A stretch of 63,992 nucleotides of DNA, counting the filler, from Craspedostauros australis (taxonomy: Eukaryota): NCBI GenBank assembly GCA_030167865.1. It is 6 parts of 6 records of this genome, joined end to end, with 100 filler letters (N's around TTAATTAATTAA, not from the genome) between each part and the next. Parts side by side here need not be neighbours in the genome. Positions count along the whole stretch, not along the records: positions 46,027 to 60,676 come from JALAGF010003489.1; positions 60,777 to 63,992 come from JALAGF010003492.1; 4 more parts are not named here. One strand, 5' to 3'. Made by a program: the position numbers and the translations under genes. The notes beneath the pieces are model-generated. The model did not search any database. It was not told the DNA's origin and was given only the letters and a program-made list of their open reading frames with translations. This document shows, one piece after another, positions 54,182 to 63,992 of this stretch (its first letter is position 1; each line of letters begins with the position of its first letter).

Positions 54182-55090
54182 GAGCGAGCCTCAGGACTCT
54201 TGCTCATGCGTGCATGTTCATGAATACGAGCACAGAGTATCGAGTCTCGAGTATCGACAGAACGGTGATGAAGCAGAAACAGCAGGAGCATGACCATGAT
54301 CACGCTTCCCAAGAGAGCGCGTGGTACCAAATAATAACGGAAGTAGAGAAGTAGAATGAGTGGCACCAGCCATGAAACCATACAGTACATCATCGTATCG
54401 TGGGTATGGCTGCCAAGTGCGCGCAGAGAGTACCTACAGAGTTGAGATTGGGCGGGTGGCTGGGCGCTTGGTCTGCTCTGCTTCGTTGATTGAGGCTTTG
54501 ATGGAACTTGCTGTCATGTTCTGGGATGGAGCATGGGTTGGGCCGAGCATAGCGAAGCGGGGTGATCGCATCGATGACAGAACATCCATTTTGCCTTTGA
54601 TTGGTGCTGTCAACCTCCGTCATCATCGAGAGGTCGGATCTTCCGTCTTTTCGATGTGGGCGCAGGCGCAACGGAAGATCTTCGGAGAGACAACGCTTCA
54701 AACAGCCTCAAAACGGAGAGCGTTGAGCATCACGGAAGGAGACCCATCACCAGCGACAAACACAAGAGCCTCTCTCCTTCCACCTGGCAACACGAGAAAC
54801 ATCGCTTGTTGTACGATCCACGCGTACGTGTCTGACAGAACAAATGTCTCAGAACACACAGCCCATCCTGTCCGTTGGGAACTGATGTCAAACTCCGTTT
54901 CGAAACGTAACGTCAGTTTAACGTCACTCGAAGATTCCGCAGAAATGGGTGTCACGTGTTCTGCTTTGCATCCTCTTCGACTTGTTCTCGGACGGAATCA
55001 TAAAACGAAACAGAGCAGAGTTCGAACTGCGGATACCAACGAGGAACAAGAAGCACGAAGCGGGCACACAAGAGAGGCAAGAGATTCACC

Positions 55091-58000
55091 ATGGCCTGGA
55101 GAAGCAGCGGTAACACCAACGATGAGATGGTCGACGCGTTGAAGCGTAAGTCGCTTTGCTTGTCGCAGTTGTGCCGCCGCTGCTGTTGCTGTTCTGGTTG
55201 TAGAACGACCGAGTGTGCGCATGGGCAATGAGAAAAGGAGAGAAGTGATGGACCGAGCCGCGAAAATGAGAAAGATGGAAATTGCATTTGTTCTTTTTCG
55301 GAGCGAGATTCCTTGCCGCAATGGCCTGGAGACGTCTCTCGCTTCTGAGCCCTTGATCCTTCCTCGAAGAAGGGGCGTTGATTCGCATGAAGCAGGCCAC
55401 GGCATACCATGGCCAACTTGTCAACATCAGAAGAACACGCCATGCCGTTGCTGCAACACAGCACGCTCTGCGTATCTTTCGGTGTCCATGCCCAAGTGCC
55501 AGACCTTGCCTGCCTTCGGCGCTCCTTGCTGTCCGTCGACATACTCTCTTGTACACACTACTGGGCGATGCCGACAGGCCCCAAAGCGGGCGTTGTCATC
55601 GGCGATCCTTCGTCTGGTTGAGATGACATCAAGGCCGTTGCATTTTACGACAGACTCCACAGCTCACCACACCGCACCCTCACGCGTTCCCAACAACACC
55701 TCGCCTTGTTTTCATCGGTTGGTGCTCTTGTGTTCCACATGTTTTGCACACATTTTGGAACCGGCTTCTTGGGATCAAACAATGATTTGCTACTTCGCGA
55801 CCGTCACTCTTGCGATCTACACCATGCGATTTTAGGCAACGACGTCATCAAGTCCATGGATGTGGAGGATGCATTCCGAAACGTTGATCGGGCGCACTTC
55901 GTCCCGCAAAACCAGCTCCGAACAGCCCACAGTGATCAGCCCATTCGAGGGGGCTGCGTCCACATCTCGGCCCCTCACATGTACGGCTTCACCATGGAGC
56001 TGCTCGACCTCCATCCGAACACTCCGCTCAAGGTACTCAATGCAGGTTCCGGAACTGGATATCTGACGTGTCTCATGGCGTCCCTCTTAGGGCCTCGCTC
56101 GACGCATTACTGTGAGTGATGCCCGTGATTCGTAGCTCTGCTATGACGCACTCTCGTTGAAATGATGTGAGCGGGTGGATCTTTCGCTCGTGCACGATTA
56201 TAATCCGATCACTTCTCACATCTAACTGTTTCTCGCCACCTCTCCTCCTCAATTCGCAACACATCCCATACCTGGTGCTCCATTCCTACACCAAATCAAA
56301 TGCAAGGCATCGAGCTTCAACAAGAGGTGGTTCAGCACTGCCATGAGTCATTGCAAAGATGGAAGCAGAACAATCCTGAAGCACAGAAGATTCATGACAT
56401 CCATGTCATCCAAGGCAACGCCCTGAAAATCGCCACAGACAAGGGAGAGGCGCCATTTGGATTTGATCGGATCTACATTGGAGCTGCCATCGATACTGCA
56501 TGCTTGTTGAAAATGCAGAATCTCCTCAAACCAGGTGGGATCTTGATCGCACCAGGTAAGTGCAATCCAGTGGCACAGCACAGCACAGCGCTCCGTTGAT
56601 AATCTGTCTGCGACCTCTGCCGCCATCCGTTCACCTGTCCAAACCAGCACAGCCCTACATCGATGCTGATGCTGTCAACTTGTGATGGACTTGTTGCTTG
56701 TTCCCCACCGTGCATTTCTTGGAGATCCTTTTACTCTGTTGCTGGTGGACAGCGGGCAGTGGACTGCCATGTGCCGCACCGCAATGCCAATGCCAATGCA
56801 TCACATTGCGATACAATCTCTGACGCCTTGGTGCCACCCCTTGCTCTTCATCGTTGCTTTGCAAATGGAAAATAAAACAAACACATACTTTCGCACCATC
56901 TGAACTGATGCAACGATTCCAGTGGACGATGAACTCGTCAAGGTGATGCGGAGAGACAACTGGGCGGATCCATCTTCGGTGATCCCGCCGAAGCCTCAAG
57001 ATTTCAAGAAGATTATTGAATCCTCAGTCCGTTTCAGTGGAATGGTGCAAGCCACCGATCGCACGAATGAAGTCGTCATCCCCAGTCGGATATGGAAGCC
57101 GTCCTTGCACAGCCACTACCCTGACAGCTTCCAAGAGTCATTCAAGCATCTCATGATGTGCGCCAATGCAAACGTCGTGCAGCCAATCGCGCCGCAACCA
57201 GCACATCGTATCAACGTTGCGGCTGTCCTCCCCAAGGCCTTATGGATGGAGATCATGTCCTACACACACAAGGATTGTAAGTTGAGATCTTGAGAGATTC
57301 AAATTCTGTTTCAGATGCCACTGCCTCGTCATCACTGAGACTACCGTCATCGTGCAAAGTCGGGGCGATTCGAGATGTCGACAACTCCATCGCCATTCTA
57401 TTTTCAAGCATCTTGGCACTCTTCCATTCACTTCTTCAGTTGTGCTGCATGTTTCCTTGCTTCCCTTTCTCACAAATCCCCCACAACTCAACTGCACAAC
57501 TGCACAATTCCCCTGCGAAGGGTTCCAAACACCTCATACCGAGGCTGAGATCCTCAAGCAGAGACTGAAGGAAGCACAGCAGGAGGCCCAGAAGGCCAAT
57601 GAGGCCCGTTTGGCAGCAGAAGCGAGGTATCGCATGGTCGCTCAAGATCGGGATGTTCATCGACTGCTCGCTCGACGGTTCCAGTCTCGCTTGAGCGCTG
57701 AAAGTCAGAACCAATCTCTTCACGATGAGCTTGCCAGCGAGGAACTCATGTCGGACATTATGGGACTGCTGAGAGGTCGATTCACTCTTCGCAGATCAAC
57801 ACGTGATCATCTTGATGCCAGAACATCCAACCGATCCAGAGATTATGACGTTGACACGGACAGCAGCGGAGAGGAGGAGGATGATGACATCAGCAACGAT
57901 GTGAGCGAACATGACCTTTCGGGTGACATCGCTGATGTGGACATTGACGATGATGAAAGTCACGATGATAATGGAGATGGTGGAAGCTCGCAGGATGGAA

Positions 58001-58284
58001 TCGAGATGGATCAGAGCTCCCATGAAATGGACACAAACGAAATAAGCATGGAGGCCGACGGTGACAACAGTGATGATGACAACAGCGACGACGAATTTTA
58101 CGATCCACATGAGCAAATGTCCGACGATGATCTCTTCACATCCGGAGCGCCGTTCGGGACATCTCAGAATTTGCAAGCTCAAGCCCGGGCACAACAAGGC
58201 ATGACAGGTTCCCCCAGCACACTTAGAGCCATCGTACATCGCCATCAAACAAGAGCGGTGTCGTTCTGCGGAGAGGAGGGTTGA
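55091..58284 (+). CDS. Protein-L-isoaspartate O-methyltransferase-domain protein with long C-terminal extension, five predicted exons (55091-55145, 55836-56111, 56307-56555, 56923-57276, 57521-58284)
   Basis: Exon 1 reads MAWRSSGNTNDEMVDALK and is below the ORF-track cutoff. Later motifs are AFRNVDRAHFVP, HISAPHMY, VLNAGSGTGYL and FDRIYIGAA...LLKPGGILIAP. Four phase-1 GT-AG introns keep the frame. Confidence 0.87.
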
Positions 58285-59231
58285 GCAGAAGAATTCCACT
58301 TCCCCACCACACACATGCTGGCACACATAAACACAGACACACAACTCAGAAGAACAGACAGAGGACGGAAAGGCCCACAACGAGAAGCTATCTTGATCAC
58401 ATCGCATCACCACATATCGATGTGATCAGGAAACTTCAAGAGAATCAATTAAGAGTACATCTATACATGTTACAATACGGTCTTAGAACAATCGTTTACA
58501 TCCTGTGATGTGCTGCGCCTTGCCAGTTGTGCATTCTCGTACTTCTGTGAATGAGTATGGTACGTTGGCTCATGTCTCCAAGTGTGGAGACCCAAAGATG
58601 GACCACAAAACTTGACTACAGTCTCAAGCACTCTGTCCAGACGTCCCTGCGAGTGCACTGATGTCCTCATAGCTAAACTTGTCTTGTTCGAGGCCAGCTC
58701 GTCGAGGAAGCGCTATGTACGTACCACAACGAAGATTCGGTTGAACGTCTTCGGTACATGCGAAAAGTGCTTACTCATCGAGCAGACACGCATGAAACGG
58801 CCATTGTCTGGTCCTCATTGGTGTCACAACCGACAGTCTCGAGTTGCCTCGCAGAGCATTCGCACAGCACGCTCTCAGTCTCAACGAATTTGAACCAACG
58901 CAAGTGTTTCTCACACAGACACAACTGCAGGATCAATACCGGCGGATGTATAACCGCCGTGGAGTTGATCGTGGTCTGCTACATAACGTGCTGCGTCCTC
59001 GTACTTCATGGGGGATGAGTGGAAGGACGACGCGAACAACACGGTGCAATGTGGACGAAGCTAACACAAACTGGTGTGCATTCCTCTCTCTGCTTTGGTT
59101 TTGCTTGTATCCAACTCGACATCATAAAACCAAAGCTTCCACGACCCTCTTCAGAGAGCTTTCAACACCCTCTATTTGAGTTAGATTCACCAGAGCGCTT
59201 CGTCCTCGTTCCGCTCTGATCCACCCGTACC

Positions 59232-60676
59232 ATGCCAAAATTGAGTGACGAAGACCTTGCGGCTGCGGCCAACCAGGGAGACGTGGAAACCGTCAAGTTG
59301 TGGAAACAGCAAAACCCGAGCAACTCCAAGGATCCATCCAAGGTCCCGAATGGAAACAAGCTGCTGTACACTGCATGCAAGCATGGCCATCTCGAATTTA
59401 CGAAATACATGGTTGAATCATGTGGAGCGAATCCCAGCGCCGCCATCGATGGCTGGTCCACCTGCACTGCAATCTTTGCTGCCTGCGATCATCCAACTCC
59501 CACAATCTTGGAGTATTTGATCACATCAGGAACAGTTGATGTCAGGCGTGAGGATGGCAACGGAAGAACAGTGCTGCACCATGCAAGCCAAAAAGGATGT
59601 GTCGATGTCGTGAAGCAGTTGCTGTCATTGCATGAAATGGACGTCAATCATCAAGACAACCGTGGGAGAACGGCGTTCCACCTTGCCTGCGAAGAGGGAC
59701 ATTTCGAGATTGTGAGGTGTCTCATGGCTTCAGGAAAAGCAGATCTCGACCTTCAAGATTGCGATTTCAGAGAAGGGCTTGCTCGCACAGTCGAGAAGGG
59801 ACACCTGAACATTGCGAAGTTCTTGATCAAATCAGTTGTAGCAGAACCCGCACCTGCTCTGAGCAGAAGCAGCCGCGCACTTTCCACAGCATGCAAAAAG
59901 GGATGGTTCGACATAGTCAAAGAGTTCATAGAGGCATCCGAGCTAAATTCCGAGTTCCAAGAGATTGTTGGGAAGAATGCATTTCTGGGTGCATGGAAGA
60001 AAGGCCATTGGGATATCATGGAGTACCTGATGAATTCAGGCGCAGTTGATGTGAACGCCCAAGACGATGAGGGTGAATCTATTCTCCACAGCGTATGCTG
60101 CCACAATGACGTACGCGTCGTGAAGTACTTGGTGGAGTCACACGGTGCGGACATCAGCATTGAAGACGAGTGGGGCTGCCTTCCATTTCACAATGCATGC
60201 CAACGCAAATCCAAGGATGTCATGAAGTACTTCATGGAGTCATGCAACGTCGACATCAACGTTCAAAACAAGAATGGCGACACTGCACTCCATCTAGCGT
60301 TCAAAGACCCTGATGGCATCGATCGCAAGTTGGTGAAGTACTTGGCCCAATCATGTGAGATGGATCTCACCATCAAGAACAAAAATGGCAAGACAGCGTT
60401 TGAGTGTATGGATCATGAGCCAGAGACAAGTGGCTGGAAGTTTCAAGATGCGTGGTACTGCGCCGAAGAATACCGGGACTTTGTTCGCATCTTCCAGAAT
60501 GCATTGATCAGAAAGACCAGACAAGAACGAGAAAGGCAGGAGCTGACTGCAGTCCAGGAACCAAACCACCCCCGTGGTCTTATGGAACGGATGGTGTCCG
60601 ATCTCACCTTCTTGGCTGGATCTGGTGACGCCCAAGAAGCAATCAAGGCGAAGAGCACCGTCCTCATGATTGTTCA
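59232..60676 (+). CDS. Ankyrin-repeat protein, 3'-truncated by the contig end
   Basis: Repeated ankyrin motifs such as GRTVLHHASQKG..DVVKQLL, GRTAFHLACEEGH.EIV and NKNGDTALHLA. Confidence 0.92.
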
Positions 60677-60776
60677 NNNNNNNNNNNNNNNNNNNNNNNN
60701 NNNNNNNNNNNNNNNNNNNNTTAATTAATTAANNNNNNNNNNNNNNNNNNNNNNNNNNNNNNNNNNNNNNNNNNNN
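60677..60776. other. Artificial contig spacer
   Basis: N44-TTAATTAATTAA-N44. Confidence 0.98.
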
Positions 60777-62188
60777 TCGATGGAGGATGCAGGCTCGTTG
60801 GCAACACCTCCTGCTGCCAACCACGCAAGCCTTCACACCAGCGGCTACGACAAGAACAACCGCAGGAGTCATCAACCTCCGCCACGACCATCAACTTCCA
60901 ACTACACAGGAACCACTCATCGATCGTGAGGATTAGGAGTAGATCCCGTCGAAATTACCGACGCATACCCTCCCCCACATGCCCACCTCCGCTTTTCAGA
61001 AGCCAAACCGTCGGCTTCGCAGCACAAGCGATGATGATGCTGGTGATGATCGTGACGAGGAGGATGAAGAGGAGGAGGATCCAACCCATGCGACAACTGC
61101 TGCTGCTTCGATCATTGAGCATGATGCAAATCATGCTCAATGATCTTGCCCAGCGCAACTTTATCCAGCAAGTGCAATTGATGGTGAGTGCGATGGCAAA
61201 TATTGTACAGGATGACCATGACGATAAGGACACACAATCTGATGAGCATTGGCTCACGTGAATGATGTTGTCCGAATCGGATGATGAAAGTCAGCTTGTT
61301 CCAAAGTCCCGAAAACAACAGCAACCGCAACCGCAACCGCAACCGCAACCGCAACCGCAACGGCAGCAACAACAACAGCCAACACCACGGTCGAAACCTG
61401 CAGAGACTGTGCTCCCAACAACAGCCAGATCCCTACATCCTCAACAGCCTGCTGCCGAACGTCAACATCTGGAAGTTGCCCTTCTCCACAAATGGTGAAT
61501 CAGATGCATCCACGGTCCAAAACGCAACGACGCTCTCCACATACGAACCAGGAAGTCTCACATCCTTTTCGCGCAGCTACTAAACGGATGCCTCATCGTC
61601 ACACTTTGATGGTGAGTCGGATCACAACAACAGTCGCACGCAGCTACTGCAAATGGTACACGAAACAGGTGACGAACAATCCGAGCTCGTTATTGGAGAA
61701 GTCCAATGACATCTCAAGCGCAACCCTGAGGCAATTGAGCCCGATGATGAGTGGTCCTTTCTATCATCACCACTGGAGGAGCCAGCAAGACAGCTGCCTC
61801 AACCACGCGCCCCGCCGATCCAGTTTCATGGCCGAGTCAAAAATCTCTGCAGACTGAAGCAGGCCTGCCTCGATCCAAGAACCGCTGCGAGATTGCCATC
61901 GTCGATGGTGTTGCAGGCGTCGGCAAGACTGCCATCTGCCAACACTTCTTCGACAACGTCCGCGACGCTGCACTGATCTTGGGATACGCCAAGTTTGAAC
62001 CGCCAATCGAGACGTCGCCCGGCATCCATGCATATGGACCCATCTGCACTGCCTTCGCCTCCCTCCTGCGTCAGGTCACGCAACGGAATGCATCCTGGAT
62101 CCAACAGCATTTGCTGCAGGCTGCTGAGGCTCTCAGCATCATTCTTGCACAAACGCGTCGCTTCATCTTCGTGGAAACAATAACATAG
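60777..62188 (+). pseudogene. Decayed AAA/STAND-type P-loop ATPase gene
   Basis: Walker A (IVDGVAGVGKT) followed by YAKFE...AYGPICTAF in 61751-62188, truncated shortly after. The protein-like upstream frames are broken by several TGA/TAA stops and frame changes. Confidence 0.5.
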
Positions 62189-62365
62189 AAATAATGGTAG
62201 AACAGTTGCAGCACATACTAAAGGAAGAAGTCAGTATTTATTCAATCATTGCGCTATATTACTATTTACTATCGTTTTTCTGTTGCTTTCATGGCTTTGT
62301 TGCTTGTGTCCTGATCTGCACTAGTTGGCGGAGCGGCTGCGGCTGTTGCTTGTGGGCCAGCAGTA

Positions 62366-63337
62366 TCAGTTGATGCTGTTGTCGGTGCTGTTGTCGGCGC
62401 TGTTGCCGTCAGCGCTGTCGATGCTGTCGATGACGCTGCTGTTGTCGATGCTGTTGTCGGCGCTGTTGCCGTCAGCGCTGTCGATGCTGTCGATGACGCT
62501 GCTGTTGTCGATGCTGTCGATGACGCTGCTGTTGTCGATGCTGTTGTCGGCGCTGTTGCCGTCAGCGCTGTCGATGCTGTCGATGCTGTCGATGCTGTCG
62601 ATGACGCTGCTGTTGTCGATGCTGTTGTCGATGCTGTTGTCGATGCTGTTGTCGATGCTGTCGATGACGCTGCTGTTGTCGATGCTGTTGTCGGCGCTGT
62701 TGCCGTCAGCGCTGTCGATGCTGTCGATGACGTCGATGACGCTGCTGTTTTGGCCATCGCCACAAGTGGCGCACGTGTTACCAAGAAAGGAGTCGAAGAT
62801 GGCAGCGGAGGTTTCGAAACCTTCCTCGACTTGGTCGTTGGCACGTTGCCAAAAATCCCGCACCAAATTCCGAGTCTGCGAGTGCCAATTCTGCTCATTC
62901 GAAGGCCGCGAGCTCGCTTCGGTGTGCCCCCCTCCACCATGTTCGCTGACGAGGCGTTCCTGTTCATTGTTGAGGTCACTGTCGACTTGAAGAAGGGCCT
63001 GCTGTTGTTCTTGGGGAAGGAGGTCGCGCAGGGCGCGGATGGCATTGTTCCCATGTCTGGCCCATACCACGAGCCCACAAAAGTCTCGTAGCACGGCGGT
63101 GACATCACTTGCGGAGATGTTTCTTGCATTCTTGGTCTTTTTTGCTGACGTCTTGAAACACCCCAACAACTTCTTCGTCTCCTTGCGCTCGTCGAGTGTA
63201 CCGAGATCTTTGACTACCTTGTTGAGGAAGTTCAGAAGCGAGTGAACTTCCCACTTCTGTTTTGCGCTGTTGGTGGCTTGAGCGAGAGCAACAAGTGCCT
63301 CAACGTGTTCTTTTTCTTCGTCTGTGAAAGTCACCAT
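62366..63337 (-). CDS. Orphan ORF with helical N-terminal region and low-complexity repeat tail
   Basis: ATG at 63337 (MVTFTDEEKEHVEAL...) with ~190 aa of protein-like sequence, then (DSIDNSSVI/DSADGNSA)n. Confidence 0.5.
   Translation of the reverse strand: MVTFTDEEKEHVEALVALAQATNSAKQKWEVHSLLNFLNKVVKDLGTLDERKETKKLLGCFKTSAKKTKNARNISASDVTAVLRDFCGLVVWARHGNNAIRALRDLLPQEQQQALLQVDSDLNNEQERLVSEHGGGGHTEASSRPSNEQNWHSQTRNLVRDFWQRANDQVEEGFETSAAIFDSFLGNTCATCGDGQNSSVIDVIDSIDSADGNSADNSIDNSSVIDSIDNSIDNSIDNSIDNSSVIDSIDSIDSIDSADGNSADNSIDNSSVIDSIDNSSVIDSIDSADGNSADNSIDNSSVIDSIDSADGNSADNSTDNSIN
62370..62750. repeat. Compound tandem repeat of 9- and 12-nt units (gtcgatgct / gtcgatgctgtt / gtcggcgctgtt)
   Basis: Directly visible. 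All unit lengths are multiples of three. Confidence 0.92.
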
Positions 63338-63574
63338 GGTTGACGTTGTCGTTCGGATGTGTGCGTGTGCTGATGGGAAGTGCTCCTTCAGGTCAATTCG
63401 TTGGCCGATGTGGAAGGGGTGTGTGTCAAAGATTTGTGTTGCGAAGTTGCTCCATTTATGAAGAGGCAAATGGAGGACGAGGAGAACAACGAAAGAACTT
63501 GCACTTGCCGCGTTGTATCGCGTTGTATCGCGTTGTACCACGTTGTCTTTGGCGCAAAGTTGGAAAGACAAGCC

Positions 63575-63634
63575 TGGACCACAAGCGGTTGACTTCGATC
63601 GTGGACCACAAGCGGTCGATTTTGATCGTGGACC
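63575..63634. repeat. 27-nt direct repeat, two copies plus a partial third
   Basis: tggaccacaagcggttgacttcgatcg / tggaccacaagcggtcgattttgatcg / tggacc. Confidence 0.85.
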
Positions 63635-63992
63635 CACGCTTCTGCACGTTGCAAGTTAGCGAGCATCCTTCTCAAAGGCAACTGTCATTGTTTTGCATGT
63701 GTCGAATACCGTCAGAAGGAGCATTCGAACTGCAGCGTCAAAGCACAGAGTGCACAACATGCACACTCACGTCGAGCTCCTCTTTGAAATCATTGATTTG
63801 TTGTTTGTGGACAGGTTGACCACCGCATTGATGGCTTGTTCCAGTTTTGTGATCGACCAGGAGTCCATTTTCGGTTGGACTCGACGTTATATAGACGTTA
63901 AATCGAGACAGAATTCAAATTGTCGTGTGACAACTTGGAGCAGATGGAAAAGGCAACTTGACATCACTTTGGCCACAGATAGATGTGTTCGA

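Noticed and set aside
13927..60776. TTAATTAATTAA palindrome within N runs, five times, as a biological repeat
   Set aside because: It is a fixed 100-nt format with stops in all frames, so it is an artificial contig joiner.
63575..63634. 27-nt direct repeats as a mini CRISPR array
   Set aside because: The repeats are contiguous with no spacers, there are no cas genes, and the context is eukaryotic.

Overview
Eukaryotic, gene-dense DNA that is almost certainly from a diatom. The evidence is GT-AG introns, bipartite ASAFAP-type plastid presequences, RxL propeptide motifs and LCIP63-type carbonic anhydrases. The window is six contigs joined by artificial 100-nt spacers (N44-TTAATTAATTAA-N44): 1-13926, 14027-24375, 24476-36296, 36397-45926, 46027-60676 and 60777-63992. 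Adjacency across spacers means nothing. Contig 1 is the most interesting. It holds two plastid-targeted three-domain iota-carbonic anhydrases, each preceded by CO2/cAMP-response-like TGACGT/ACGTCA motifs, and a divergent uncharacterised plastid membrane protein sharing the first promoter. It also holds a secreted subtilisin and a SelO whose apparent TGA stop is most likely selenocysteine (...FMS-U-SS*). Contigs 2-4 each carry the same 3,523-bp block with a head-to-head pair of SPFH/band-7 genes, followed by different flanks. Contig 2 continues into a trypsin-like protease, a MenE-like ligase and RBM34, contig 3 into an ABCA transporter, and contig 4 into an RlmI-like methyltransferase, a macro-domain protein and a Cys-rich secreted protein. 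Contig 5 has a glycolate-oxidase-family gene, a RING-H2 ligase, a disordered protein, a five-exon PIMT-like gene and an ankyrin protein. Contig 6 has a decayed P-loop ATPase and a repeat-tailed orphan ORF. No rRNA, tRNA, CRISPR array or intact transposon was recognised. All family calls come from reading motifs, and no searches were run.
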